A DNA stretch of 63,990 nucleotides, the filler included, from Dehalococcoidia bacterium (GTDB taxonomy: Bacteria; Chloroflexota; Dehalococcoidia; DSTF01; JACRBR01): assembly GCA_041494685.1 (NCBI GenBank). It is 3 parts of 3 records of this genome, joined end to end, with 100 filler letters (N's around TTAATTAATTAA, not from the genome) between each part and the next. Parts side by side here need not be neighbours in the genome. Positions count along the whole stretch, not along the records: positions 44,815 to 63,990 come from JBGQBE010000058.1; 2 more parts are not named here. The stretch is one strand, 5' to 3'. Positions 47,988 through 57,762 of the stretch are shown in pieces; the first letter of the stretch is position 1; each line of letters starts with the position of its first letter. The translations under genes were made by a program, and so were the position numbers. Below the pieces are notes generated by a model. That model did no database searches, was not told where the DNA came from, and worked only from the letters and a program-made list of their open reading frames with translations.

Positions 47988-49238
47988 ATGCTGACCCGGC
48001 GTGACTTCATCAAGTCCGGTGTAGCGCTGGTGACGCTGGGCAGCGCGCACGCCGCGATCCCGACGGTGTTCAAGGGCGCGTTCGCGATCCGTGCGTCGGA
48101 GGCGGACGCGGTGGAGGCCGCCGACGCCAAGACGCTGGTGATCGTGCAGCTCGCGGGCGGAAACGACGGGCTGAACACGGTCGTGCCGTATCGCGACCCG
48201 GCGTACGCAAAGCTTCGCCCGACGCTGGGCGTCGCGGCGGACCAGGTGCTGCCGCTCGGGGACGAGTTCGGGCTGCACCCGAAGCTGGCGGCGCTGAAGC
48301 CGCTGTGGGACGGCAAGAAGCTGGCGATCGTGCACGGCGTGGGCTACCCGGACCCGAACTTCTCGCACTTCCAGTCGATGGCGATCTGGCAGAGCGGCGG
48401 GCCGCAGAACGCGGCGGGCGACGGCTGGCTCGGCAGCTACCTTGCGAAGCTCGAAGCGGAGGAGCACGACCCGCTGCACGGCTTCAACGTGGACCGGATG
48501 ATCGCGCCGGAGCTGTACTCGACGAACGCGCCGATCGTCTCCGCCGCCGACGCGGAGTCGTACGGCTTCCAGCATCTGGCGGCGGACGAGGCGGAGGCGC
48601 GGCGACGCCAGACGGCGCTGCTGAAGCTGTACGACCAGTTTCCGAAGAACCTGCCGTACGCCGCGCTGCTGGAGAGCGCGGCCACCGACGCGGTGTCGAG
48701 TTCGCAGGCGGTGCAAGCGGCGGCCGCGGGCCACACCGCGGCGGTGGACTATCCGCAGACATCGATCGCCAGCGGGCTGCAGCTCATCGCGCAGGTGATC
48801 GCGAGCGGCGCGAAGATCCGCGTCGCGCACGTGACGCTGGGCGGCTTCGACACGCACTCCGCGCAGCTGAACGAGCACGAGAAGCTGTTGGGCAACCTGG
48901 GCGACGCGCTGGCGGCATTCTACGCCGACCTCGCGGCGCTGGGACGGGACGGCGACGTGATGACGATGACGTGGTCGGAGTTCGGGCGGCGGGCGGGCGA
49001 GAACGCCAGCGAGGGGACGGACCACGGCACGGCCGCGCCTCTGTTCCTGATCGGGGGCGGCATCAGCGGCGGCTTCTTCGGGAAGCCGGTGGACCTCGGC
49101 AGCCTCGACAACGGCAACCTGAAGTTCACGACGGACTTCCGGTCGGTGTACGCGAGCGTGCTGGAGAAGTGGCTGGGCACGCCGTCGGAACAGATCCTGG
49201 GCGGGCAGTACCCGCTCATCGACGGGCTCGTGGCGTAG
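47988..49238 (+). CDS. DUF1501 family protein with Tat signal
   Basis: TRRDFIK, QLAGGNDGLNT, SHFQS, GGFDTH, SEFGRR, GTDHG and DFRSVY motifs. Confidence 0.92.
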   Translation: MLTRRDFIKSGVALVTLGSAHAAIPTVFKGAFAIRASEADAVEAADAKTLVIVQLAGGNDGLNTVVPYRDPAYAKLRPTLGVAADQVLPLGDEFGLHPKLAALKPLWDGKKLAIVHGVGYPDPNFSHFQSMAIWQSGGPQNAAGDGWLGSYLAKLEAEEHDPLHGFNVDRMIAPELYSTNAPIVSAADAESYGFQHLAADEAEARRRQTALLKLYDQFPKNLPYAALLESAATDAVSSSQAVQAAAAGHTAAVDYPQTSIASGLQLIAQVIASGAKIRVAHVTLGGFDTHSAQLNEHEKLLGNLGDALAAFYADLAALGRDGDVMTMTWSEFGRRAGENASEGTDHGTAAPLFLIGGGISGGFFGKPVDLGSLDNGNLKFTTDFRSVYASVLEKWLGTPSEQILGGQYPLIDGLVA

Positions 49239-49291
49239 GACTCGCGGCGCCGCGGCTGTCACGCGATCGGCGCAGCCGGTACCCTAGTCGC

Positions 49292-50557
49292 ATGGAGCGG
49301 ACGAACGGGAAGTACCGGATCACTGGCGGCCACAGGCTCTCCGGCCGCGTGCGCATCAGCGGCTCGAAGAACGGCGCCGACTACGCGATCGCGGCGGCGT
49401 TGCTGACGGCCGACGACGTGCTGCTGCACAACGTGCCGGAGATCGGCGACGTGCGGCAGATGGAGGACATCCTCCTACACCTGGGCGCGACGATCGAGCA
49501 TCCCGCACCATCCTCGCTGCGGATCAACTGCGCGGGCGTGACCGGGCACGAGGTGCCGGGCGCGATGGCGGCGCGGCTGCGGGCGAGCTTCCTGGTAATG
49601 GGGCCGCTGCTGGCGCGCTTCGGGCGCGCGGCGTGCCCGCCGCCGGGCGGCGACGCCATCGGCATCCGGCCGCTGGACGTACACCTGGCGGGCTTCCGCA
49701 TGCTGGGCGCGCAGGTCACGCAGAACGGCGACATGTTCGACGTGAGCGAGGACGGCACGCTGCGCGGCGGGCGCGTGGTATTGGACTACCCGAGCGTCAT
49801 GGGCACGCTCAATGTGATGCTCGCGGCGACGCTCGCCGATAGCACCACGACGATCATCAACGCGGCGAGCGAGCCGGAGATAGCCAGCCTGGCGAAGATG
49901 CTGAACGCGATGGGCGCGAAGATCAGCGGCGCGGGCACGCAGTTCGTGCGTATCGAAGGCGTGCCGGAGCTGCACGGCGCGGAGCACCGCGTGATCCCGG
50001 ACCGGCTGGAGGCGGGCACGTTCGCGCTGGCCGCGGCGATCACCGGCGGCGATGTGGACCTGGACGAGGCGGTGCCGGAGCACCTGGACGCGCTGATCGT
50101 GAAGATGCGGGAGGCGGGCGCCGAGGTGGAGACCACGGACGCCGGCATGCGCGTGCGCGGGGCGGCGACGTACCGGGCGGTGAACGCACAGGCGCTGCCG
50201 TATCCAGGGCTGGCGACGGACCTGCAGCCGCAGCTCGCCGCGTTCCTGACGCAGGCGAACGGGGCGAGCACGGTCTACGAGCGTGTGTTCGACAACCGGC
50301 TGCTGTACATCGGCGAGCTGCGGAAGATGGGCGCGAACGTCATCGCGACCGGGCAGACGGCGATCATCACCGGGCCGACGCCGCTGCAGGCGGCGCCGGT
50401 CTGCGCGCTGGACGTACGGGCGGGCAGCGCGTGCGTACTGGCGGCGCTGGTGGCGGAGGGGACGACGGAAATCAGCGACGTCTATCACATCGAGCGCGCG
50501 CACGAGGACTTGCATGGTAAACTGCGGGCGCTCGGCGCGGACATCGAGCGCGCCTGA
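49292..50557 (+). CDS. murA: UDP-N-acetylglucosamine 1-carboxyvinyltransferase (Asp variant)
   Basis: SGSKN, LRAS..VMGPLL, PGGDAIG.RP, IPDRLEAGT, PYPG..TDLQ and D.RAG motifs. Confidence 0.95.
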   Translation: MERTNGKYRITGGHRLSGRVRISGSKNGADYAIAAALLTADDVLLHNVPEIGDVRQMEDILLHLGATIEHPAPSSLRINCAGVTGHEVPGAMAARLRASFLVMGPLLARFGRAACPPPGGDAIGIRPLDVHLAGFRMLGAQVTQNGDMFDVSEDGTLRGGRVVLDYPSVMGTLNVMLAATLADSTTTIINAASEPEIASLAKMLNAMGAKISGAGTQFVRIEGVPELHGAEHRVIPDRLEAGTFALAAAITGGDVDLDEAVPEHLDALIVKMREAGAEVETTDAGMRVRGAATYRAVNAQALPYPGLATDLQPQLAAFLTQANGASTVYERVFDNRLLYIGELRKMGANVIATGQTAIITGPTPLQAAPVCALDVRAGSACVLAALVAEGTTEISDVYHIERAHEDLHGKLRALGADIERA

Positions 50558-50698
50558 GCGGCGAGCCCCGCTTACAGATACACCGAACGAGCAGTTGCTT
50601 GACAAGACGGCCGAGGACGAGCGCCGCGGCTCTGGGTTCCGCGACCCTTCCGCCGCTATCCTACCGTCAGTTCCCGTACCGCAGATGAGGGCCTCCAT

Positions 50699-51730
50699 AT
50701 GCTTCCGAAGCGCATCGGTATCGACCTCGGCACCGCCAACGTGCTGGTGTACGTCAAGGGCCGCGGCATCGTGGTGAACGAGCCGTCGGTGGTCGCGCTG
50801 GCGAACCGTGATAACACCGTCCTGGCCGTGGGGCACGAGGCGCTGGGCATGCTCGGGCGTGTCCCCGGCAGCATCTCGGTCATCCGCCCGATGCGGGACG
50901 GGGTGATCGCCGACTACCTGATCACGGAGGCGATGCTGCGCTACTTCATCTCGAAGGTGGTGGGGCGCTTCAACCTGATCAAGCCGGAAGTGATGGTGTG
51001 CATCCCCGCCGGCGTCACCAGCGTGGAGCAGCGCGCCGTGCGCGACGCCGCCGAGCAGGCGGGCGGCCGCCGCCCGGTGCACCTGGTGCCGGAGCCGCTG
51101 GCCGCCGCGATCGGTGCGCGCGTGCCGGTCAATTCGCCGAGCGGCAACATGATCGTGGACATCGGCGGCGGCCGCACAGAAGCCGCGGTCATCTCGATGT
51201 ACGGCATCGTGGTGAGCGAGAGCGTGCGCGTGGCGGGCGACCGGCTGGACGACGCGATCATGGCGTACATCAAGCGGCGCTACAACCTGATCATCGGCGA
51301 CCGGACCGCGCAGGAAGTGAAAGTCAACGTCGGCGCGGCGGTCCCGCTGGACGAAGACCTGAAGATGGAAGTACGCGGCCGCGACCAGATCAGCGGGCTG
51401 CCGAAGACGGTCGTCGTCACCTCCAGCGACGTGACGGCGGCGATCCAGGACGCGCTCGGCACCATCGTGTCGGTCGTGCGATCGGTGTTGGAGCGGACGC
51501 CGCCGGAACTGGGGTCGGACGTGATCGACCGCGGCATCGTGCTGACGGGCGGCGGCGCGTTGCTGCGCCACCTGGACATCCTGCTGACACAGGAGACGGG
51601 CGTCCCCTGCCAGGTGGCGGAGAACCCGCTGGACTGCGTCGCGATCGGCGCGGGCGTGGCGCTGGAGCACCTGGACGTGATCCGGCGGAGCCTGCCGACG
51701 GAAGAAGAGACGCTCGTCGCAAGCTACTGA
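50699..51730 (+). CDS. mreB: Rod shape-determining protein MreB/Mbl
   Basis: [24 protein letters not shown] and [11 protein letters not shown] motifs. Confidence 0.95.
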   Translation: MLPKRIGIDLGTANVLVYVKGRGIVVNEPSVVALANRDNTVLAVGHEALGMLGRVPGSISVIRPMRDGVIADYLITEAMLRYFISKVVGRFNLIKPEVMVCIPAGVTSVEQRAVRDAAEQAGGRRPVHLVPEPLAAAIGARVPVNSPSGNMIVDIGGGRTEAAVISMYGIVVSESVRVAGDRLDDAIMAYIKRRYNLIIGDRTAQEVKVNVGAAVPLDEDLKMEVRGRDQISGLPKTVVVTSSDVTAAIQDALGTIVSVVRSVLERTPPELGSDVIDRGIVLTGGGALLRHLDILLTQETGVPCQVAENPLDCVAIGAGVALEHLDVIRRSLPTEEETLVASY

Positions 51731-51800
51731 CCCTGGCGCAGAGGCTGGCTGACGTGAGAGCTCGCCCGCCCCGCCCTGCGATTTCCGCAGCAACCGCCCG

Positions 51801-51830
51801 TTGACACTGCCACCAGACAGTCCGTAGGCT
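51801..51830 (+). promoter_or_regulatory. Candidate sigma70 promoter for the ABC operon
   Basis: TTGACA-N18-TAGGCT. Confidence 0.45.
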
Positions 51831-51910
51831 CCAATGCCACGCATATGCACGTGCGGCGTGGCCCTTTGCCGCCGCGCGCCTTTCCGGCGCGGGCGACGCC
51901 GGGAGGACCC

Positions 51911-52660
51911 ATGACCACCGATTCCGCTCAGCCGACCGGCGCCGCTGACAGGGCCGGGGGCCGCGACCTGATCATCGACGCCAGCGACGTGGTGAAGACG
52001 TACCGCACGGATGACGTGACGGTGCAGGCGCTCCGGGGCGTGAGCTTCAGCGTGACCCGCGGCGAGATGGTGGCGATCATGGGCCCGTCCGGCTGCGGCA
52101 AGACGACGCTGCTGAACTGCCTGAGCGGGCTCGACACGATCGACCAGGGTCTGATCCTGATCAACGACGAGGACATCAACAAGCTCTCCGACAACAAGCG
52201 GACGGAGTTCCGCGCGAAGAAGATGGGCTTTGTGTTCCAGTTCTACAACCTGCTGCCCGTACTGAGCTCGATCGAGAACGTGGAGCTGCCGCTGCTCGTG
52301 TCCGGCACGCGCGCGGCCGAGGCGCGCAAGAAGGCGATGGCGGCGCTGGACCTGGTCCATTTGAGGGAGTGGGCGAAGCACAAGCCATCGCAGCTCTCCG
52401 GCGGCCAGCGGCAGCGTGTGACGATCGCCCGGGCGCTGGTGAACGACCCGGCGATCGTCTGGGGCGATGAGCCGACAGGCGACCTGGACACGGCCAACGC
52501 GGACGAGATCATGGCGCTGATCACCGACCTGAACCGCCGTCAGAACCAGACGTTCGTCATCGTCACGCACGCGCCAGAGGTAGCGGCGCGCTGTCACCGC
52601 ATCATCCACATGAAGGACGGCATGATCGTCCGTGAGGAAATCCCGCAGGGCGCAAGGTGA
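51911..52660 (+). CDS. LolD/MacB-type ABC transporter ATP-binding protein
   Basis: [26 protein letters not shown] and DEPTGDLD motifs. GGAGG before ATG 51911. Confidence 0.93.
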   Translation: MTTDSAQPTGAADRAGGRDLIIDASDVVKTYRTDDVTVQALRGVSFSVTRGEMVAIMGPSGCGKTTLLNCLSGLDTIDQGLILINDEDINKLSDNKRTEFRAKKMGFVFQFYNLLPVLSSIENVELPLLVSGTRAAEARKKAMAALDLVHLREWAKHKPSQLSGGQRQRVTIARALVNDPAIVWGDEPTGDLDTANADEIMALITDLNRRQNQTFVIVTHAPEVAARCHRIIHMKDGMIVREEIPQGAR

Positions 52661-55600
52661 ACGACCTCTTCGGCCTCTCGATGACCTACATCATGATCGC
52701 GCTGCTGATCATCCTGGGCGTCTCAGCATCGACGGTCGTGTGGGTGATCGTGCGGAACCGGGTGATGTTCCTGATCGGCGTGCGCAACATCCCGCGGCGG
52801 CGGGCGCAGACGATCCTCATCATCATCGGCCTGATGCTGAGCACGCTGATCATCTCGACGGCGTTCAGCATCGGCGACACGGTGGACTACAGCATCACGA
52901 ACCAGGTCTACGACAAGCTGCACAGCGTCGACGAGATCGTGCAGTTCAAGGCGGCGGACGACGAGGGTGGTGGCGGCGGCTTCGGCGGCCAGTCGCTGGT
53001 CTCGCCGAAGGCGATCCCGCAGGCGCAAGCGGACCGGTTCTCGGCCGCGTTCCGCGCCACCAGCGGCGTCGATGGCGCCGTGGAGGCGATCCGGGGGCCG
53101 GTACCCGCGACGAACGTCCGCGCCGGACAGACGGAGCCGCTGGTCTTGCTGACCGGGGTGGACCCGGCGCAACTCAAAGGGTTCGAGTCCGACATCGTGA
53201 CGATTGCCGGCGAGCGGGCGCCGCTGGACGCGCTCGGGCCGGACGAGGTCTACGCGAACGAGTCGGCAGCGGACAAGCTCGATATCCAGCGGGGCGATGC
53301 GCTGCAGGTCTACGTGGGCGGAGTGCCGCATACGCTGACCGTGAGAGACATCGTGAAGGACCGTGTGCTGACCGGATGGGCGGGCGGGGCCAGCTACGGC
53401 CTGGTCACGACGCTGGGGCGCGCGCAAGAGCTGCTCAACCGCGCGGGGCAGGTGGATTACATCGCCGTGTCGAACGACGGCGGCGTGCGCGACGGCGAGA
53501 GCAACTCCCTGGCCATCAAGAAGACGCTGAACGACGACCTGCTGAAGAACTCGAGCTGGGCGGCGGCCGCGACGAAGCACGACCTGGCGGACATCGCCAG
53601 CCAGGCGGCCAGCTTCCTGACGACGTTTTTCGTCGTGCTCGGGCTGTTCTCCATCGCGGCGGGGATGCTGCTGATCTTCCTGATCTTCGTGATGCTGGCG
53701 GCGGAGCGGAAGATGGAGATGGGGATGATCCGCGCCGTCGGCACGAAGCGGAGCCACCTGGTGCAGATGTTCATGTCGGAGGGCATGGCGTACAACACGA
53801 TCGCGGCGGCAGTGGGGTGCGGGCTCGGCATCGCGGTGTCGCTGGTGATGGTCCGCATCATGGCGGCGCTGTTCAGCGGGTTCAGCTTGAGCATCGCGTT
53901 CCACGTCACGGCGCGGAGTCTGATCGTGTCGTACTCGCTGGGCGTCGTGCTGACCTTCCTCACCGTGACGTTCTCGTCGTGGCGGATCGGCAACCTGAAC
54001 ATCGTCAGCGCGATCCGCGATGCGGCGGACCCGCTGCCGCTCAGCACGCGGCCCGAATGGCGCGGCGGCATCGGCATGCTGCTGCGATACGCGAAGTGGC
54101 TCGTGTTCAAGCCGTCGAAGCTGAGCCAGTGGGGCGCGGGCATCGGCCTGTTGCTGCTCGTACCCGTCAGCGGCGCGATCACGGCGGGGCTGTTCGGCGG
54201 CGCGATCGCGATCTACGGCAGCTCATCCGCCGCGAGCATCGCGGCGGTCCTGCTGGGCGTGGCCGGCATCCTGACGGGCGGTCTGACGATCGTGCTGGCG
54301 GGCGCGAGCCTCAACTACATCTTCCAGACAGCGGCGATCGCGATCGTGCTGGGTGCGGCGCTGGTGGCGCTGGGGCTCGCGCTCGACCAGGCCGCGCCGT
54401 ACGCGCTGGGCGTGTCGCTGGTGCTGATGGGAGCGGCGCTGGGCGCGACGATGCTGCGCGTGCCAGCGCGGCTGGCGTTCACGACGATGGGGCTGGTCGT
54501 GCTGGTGTACTGGCTGCTCTCGGCGGGGAACTACCTGCCTCCGTACCTCAGCGGCGGCATCGAGATGTTCTTCCTGAGCGGTATCACCATGGTGATCGCG
54601 GCGACGTTCGTGCTGGTGTACAACGCCGATCTGATGCTCGCCCTGCTGACAAGCGCGGGCAACAGGTTCTCGTACATGATCCCGTCGATCCGCACGGCGG
54701 TAGCGTATCCACTGGCGAACAAGTTCCGCACCGGGATGACGGTGGCAATGATCTCGCTGGTGATGTTCGCGCTGGTGATGATGTCCACGATGAACTCGAA
54801 CTTCAGCCGGATCTTCCTGAGCGACGACGCGCTGGGCGGGTACGACGTGATGGTGCAGGAGAATCCCAACAACCCGATCAGCGACCTGGCGGCGGCGTAC
54901 GCGCAGCAGGGCGGCGATGCTAGCGTGTTCGCCAGCGTGGGCAACGTCGCCCTGGCGAACCGGCGCATCGCGGAGACGCGCAACAAGGCGGCAGAGGGAG
55001 CGGTGCCGGAGAAGTTCCAGCGCTACACGGTCGCCACCGCGGACAACGACTTCCTCACGGGCAACGGCGTGAAGTTCCAGGCGCGCGCGACGGGCTACAA
55101 CTCCGACGCGGAGATCTGGCGCGCGATCGCCAGCGACCCCGGCGTCGCGGTGATCGACGCGAACGCCCTGGCGAGCAGTGGTGGCTTCGGCCCCGGCCAG
55201 TTCAGCGTAAGCGGTCTGAAGAGCAGTACCACGACGTTCTCGCCGCCTGTGCTCGAACTGCGTGACGCGGGACGGCCGGAGAAGGTGCGCGAGGTGAAGA
55301 TCATCGGCGTCGTGACCACGAAGGCGAGCCTGATCTTCGGCGGGTTGCTGCTGAACAGATCCACCTTCGACGACCTCTACGACAAGCCAGAGTCGACGAT
55401 CCACTTCGTGCGGCTGCGGCCAGGCACGGACGCCCGCGCCACCGCCAGGAGCATCGAGAAGGCGCTGCTGGCACAGGGCGTGCAGGCAGACTCGATCCGC
55501 AAACTGATCGACGACCTGCGGGCGCAGAACCGCGGCTTTACCTACCTGATCCAGGGGTTCATGGGCATCGGCCTCTTCGTCGGCATCGCGGCGGTGGGAG

Positions 55601-55938
55601 TGATCGCCTTCCGCACGGTGGTGGAGCGGCGGCAGCAGATCGGCATGTTGCGGGCGATCGGCTACACGCGCAACGCGGTAGCGATCAGCTTCATCATGGA
55701 GTCGTCGTTCGTGACGCTGCTGGGCATCCTGAGCGGCATCGGGCTGGCGCTGCTGCTGGCGTACCAGCTTGTCAAGACCGACGACTTCGTAGCGGGCGGG
55801 GTGCAGAGCTTCTACGTCCCGTGGCTGGAGATCACCGCGATCGGCGTCGGTACGTTCATCGCGTCGGTGCTGATGACGATCATCCCGTCGCGGCAGGCGT
55901 CGAGCGTGCCGATCGCCGAGGCTCTGCGCTACGAGTGA
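52657..55938 (+). CDS. Duplicated FtsX/MacB-type ABC permease (1093 aa)
   Basis: Two FtsX motifs (ERKMEMGMIRAVG and ERRQQIGMLRAIG). Ends EALRYE. Confidence 0.9.
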   Translation: MNDLFGLSMTYIMIALLIILGVSASTVVWVIVRNRVMFLIGVRNIPRRRAQTILIIIGLMLSTLIISTAFSIGDTVDYSITNQVYDKLHSVDEIVQFKAADDEGGGGGFGGQSLVSPKAIPQAQADRFSAAFRATSGVDGAVEAIRGPVPATNVRAGQTEPLVLLTGVDPAQLKGFESDIVTIAGERAPLDALGPDEVYANESAADKLDIQRGDALQVYVGGVPHTLTVRDIVKDRVLTGWAGGASYGLVTTLGRAQELLNRAGQVDYIAVSNDGGVRDGESNSLAIKKTLNDDLLKNSSWAAAATKHDLADIASQAASFLTTFFVVLGLFSIAAGMLLIFLIFVMLAAERKMEMGMIRAVGTKRSHLVQMFMSEGMAYNTIAAAVGCGLGIAVSLVMVRIMAALFSGFSLSIAFHVTARSLIVSYSLGVVLTFLTVTFSSWRIGNLNIVSAIRDAADPLPLSTRPEWRGGIGMLLRYAKWLVFKPSKLSQWGAGIGLLLLVPVSGAITAGLFGGAIAIYGSSSAASIAAVLLGVAGILTGGLTIVLAGASLNYIFQTAAIAIVLGAALVALGLALDQAAPYALGVSLVLMGAALGATMLRVPARLAFTTMGLVVLVYWLLSAGNYLPPYLSGGIEMFFLSGITMVIAATFVLVYNADLMLALLTSAGNRFSYMIPSIRTAVAYPLANKFRTGMTVAMISLVMFALVMMSTMNSNFSRIFLSDDALGGYDVMVQENPNNPISDLAAAYAQQGGDASVFASVGNVALANRRIAETRNKAAEGAVPEKFQRYTVATADNDFLTGNGVKFQARATGYNSDAEIWRAIASDPGVAVIDANALASSGGFGPGQFSVSGLKSSTTTFSPPVLELRDAGRPEKVREVKIIGVVTTKASLIFGGLLLNRSTFDDLYDKPESTIHFVRLRPGTDARATARSIEKALLAQGVQADSIRKLIDDLRAQNRGFTYLIQGFMGIGLFVGIAAVGVIAFRTVVERRQQIGMLRAIGYTRNAVAISFIMESSFVTLLGILSGIGLALLLAYQLVKTDDFVAGGVQSFYVPWLEITAIGVGTFIASVLMTIIPSRQASSVPIAEALRYE

Positions 55939-55957
55939 GATTCGCTACACTCGCGAC

Positions 55958-56167
55958 GTGAAGACGAACATCTACGAGTCGGACCCGTTCACCCCGACGC
56001 GCGGCCGGCTGCTGGCGTCGCTGGAGACGGAGTACCGGTTCGAGAAGGGCGACGAGGTGTTCTTCGACGACGAGCCGGAGCGCCTGAAGGCGCGGATCAT
56101 CTCGATCCAGATACACGTCAAGGGAAACGGCCAAGTCCACCGCGACATCCTGGCGTTGAAGCTGTAG
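55958..56167 (+). CDS. Hypothetical 69-aa protein
   Basis: GC3-biased codons. TACACT 6 nt before the GTG. Confidence 0.65.
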   Translation: MKTNIYESDPFTPTRGRLLASLETEYRFEKGDEVFFDDEPERLKARIISIQIHVKGNGQVHRDILALKL

Positions 56168-56253
56168 CGGCCGCATCTCCGGCCTTCCCGCGGCCTCCAG
56201 ACTCGCAGGTTCTTTCGCATTCGACACGCATTCACGGCCGCGCACATTGCTCG

Positions 56254-56298
56254 TTGACCGTGGGAGGGGGCGGTGTTACATTGCGAAAAATTGCGCAA
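56254..56298 (+). promoter_or_regulatory. rex promoter with overlapping Rex-box-like operator
   Basis: TTGACC-N17-(TG-N-)TACATT. TTGCGAA-aaat-TGCGCAA at 56281-56298, compared with the consensus TTGTGAA-N4-TTCACAA. Confidence 0.6.
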
Positions 56299-56339
56299 TC
56301 GGCTCGGAATGCCTCGCCTGCAAGCCCAGCGGGGGGCAC

Positions 56340-56978
56340 ATGCCCATCGAGATCCCGGATGTCGTCATCGACCGCCTCCCCGTGTACGCGCGCGCCCTCT
56401 CGGCGCTGGAGCGAAACGGGCGTGAGGTCGTCTCGTCCCAGGAGCTGGGCACGCAGCTGGGCGTGACGCCCGCACAGATCCGCAAGGACCTCAGCTACTT
56501 CGGGCGCTTCGGCAAGCAGGGCCGCGGGTACAACGTGCGCCGTCTGCTGGAGGAGCTGCACCAGATCCTGGGGCTCGACCGGCAGTGGACGATGGTGGTG
56601 GTCGGCGTGGGGCAGCTGGGACGCGCGGTGCTGAGCTACGGCGGGTTCACCCCGCAGGGGTTCCAGATCGTCGAGGCGTTCGACACCGACCCGCTGGTCG
56701 TGGGACAGCGTATCAGCGGCCTGGTGGTGAAGTCCGCCGACGCGATCCGCGCCGAGCTTGCCGGACGCGCGATCGATATCGGCATCGTGGCGACGCCGGC
56801 GGCCGCGGCGCAGACGGTGATCGACGCGCTGGTCGCGTCGGGGGTGCGGGCGATCCTCAACTACGCGCCCATCGCGGCGCACGTGCCATCGCACGTCCAC
56901 ATCAAGGACATCGACCCGGTGCTCTCGCTGCAGTCCATGACGTTCTACCTGAAGAACGAGCCGACGACGGTGAAATAG
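56340..56978 (+). CDS. rex: Redox-sensing transcriptional repressor Rex
   Basis: IP...IDRLPVY, QIRKDLSYFG, GYNV, GVGQLG and ILNYAP motifs. Confidence 0.96.
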   Translation: MPIEIPDVVIDRLPVYARALSALERNGREVVSSQELGTQLGVTPAQIRKDLSYFGRFGKQGRGYNVRRLLEELHQILGLDRQWTMVVVGVGQLGRAVLSYGGFTPQGFQIVEAFDTDPLVVGQRISGLVVKSADAIRAELAGRAIDIGIVATPAAAAQTVIDALVASGVRAILNYAPIAAHVPSHVHIKDIDPVLSLQSMTFYLKNEPTTVK

Positions 56979-57062
56979 GCGACTGGTCGCTGCTTGCCGG
57001 TTGTTGGGACGACGGCAGGCTCGCAGCGGTCCTGTCGGCTGTCTGTTCCACGCGGCGCAGCG

Positions 57063-57662
57063 TCAGTTGATCGGGGGGCGAGGCTTCTGGCGCTCGGCGT
57101 CGAGAATCTCGAGCAGTCGGTCGGCGGTGGCTTCGAGGCGGCCGGGCTCGTTCACGACGACGTACTCGAATTCGTCGCGGCGGGCCATCTCCGCGCTCTC
57201 CGTCGCCAGGCGCCGCCGGACGCCCTCCTCGTCATCGGAGCCGCGGGCGCGGATGCGATCCTCCAACTCGTCGAGCGACGACGGCGCGATGAAGACGAGC
57301 ACGGCGTCTGGCATCAGCTTCTTGATCGACGCGGCGCCCTGCACGTCCGTGCGCACGTAGACGTCTTGCCCCTCGCGCAGCTTCTCGACGACCTGCTGGC
57401 GCGGCACGCCGGAGCGGTGGCCGTAGACGACGGCGTGCTCCAGCAGGCCGCCGGCGGCGATCAGTTCGTCGAAGCGGGCGTCGGTGACGAAGAAGTAGTC
57501 GACGCCGTCGCGCTCGTTCTCGCGCGGGGGGCGGGTGGTGCAGGTGACGACGCGGTAGAAGCGGTGCCCGCGCCGCGCCATCTCGTCCAGCACGGAGTCC
57601 TTGCCGGCGCCCGACGGCCCCGACAGCACGACGAGCAGCGGCCTGGCCGCGGCGCCGCTCAC
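57063..57662 (-). CDS. gmk: Guanylate kinase
   Basis: SGPSGAGKDS, TTRPPRENERDGVDYFF and DVQGA motifs. GTG start inferred. Confidence 0.93.
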   Translation of the reverse strand: MSGAAARPLLVVLSGPSGAGKDSVLDEMARRGHRFYRVVTCTTRPPRENERDGVDYFFVTDARFDELIAAGGLLEHAVVYGHRSGVPRQQVVEKLREGQDVYVRTDVQGAASIKKLMPDAVLVFIAPSSLDELEDRIRARGSDDEEGVRRRLATESAEMARRDEFEYVVVNEPGRLEATADRLLEILDAERQKPRPPIN

Positions 57663-57762
57663 GAGGGCATGTCGGGGCGCACGGCGGCCCGGAGCGTCAT
57701 CGGCAGGGCCAGGGCTATGTGTGGCATCGATGCTCCCGCACCATCGCAGCCGGCGCGGCCGC

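Noticed and set aside
49475..52609. 1044-aa antisense ORF (likewise 25178-27952, 34493-36799, 37139-39346 and many others)
   Set aside because: These are antisense shadows of well-identified genes, expected from high GC3 codon bias. No recognisable motifs.
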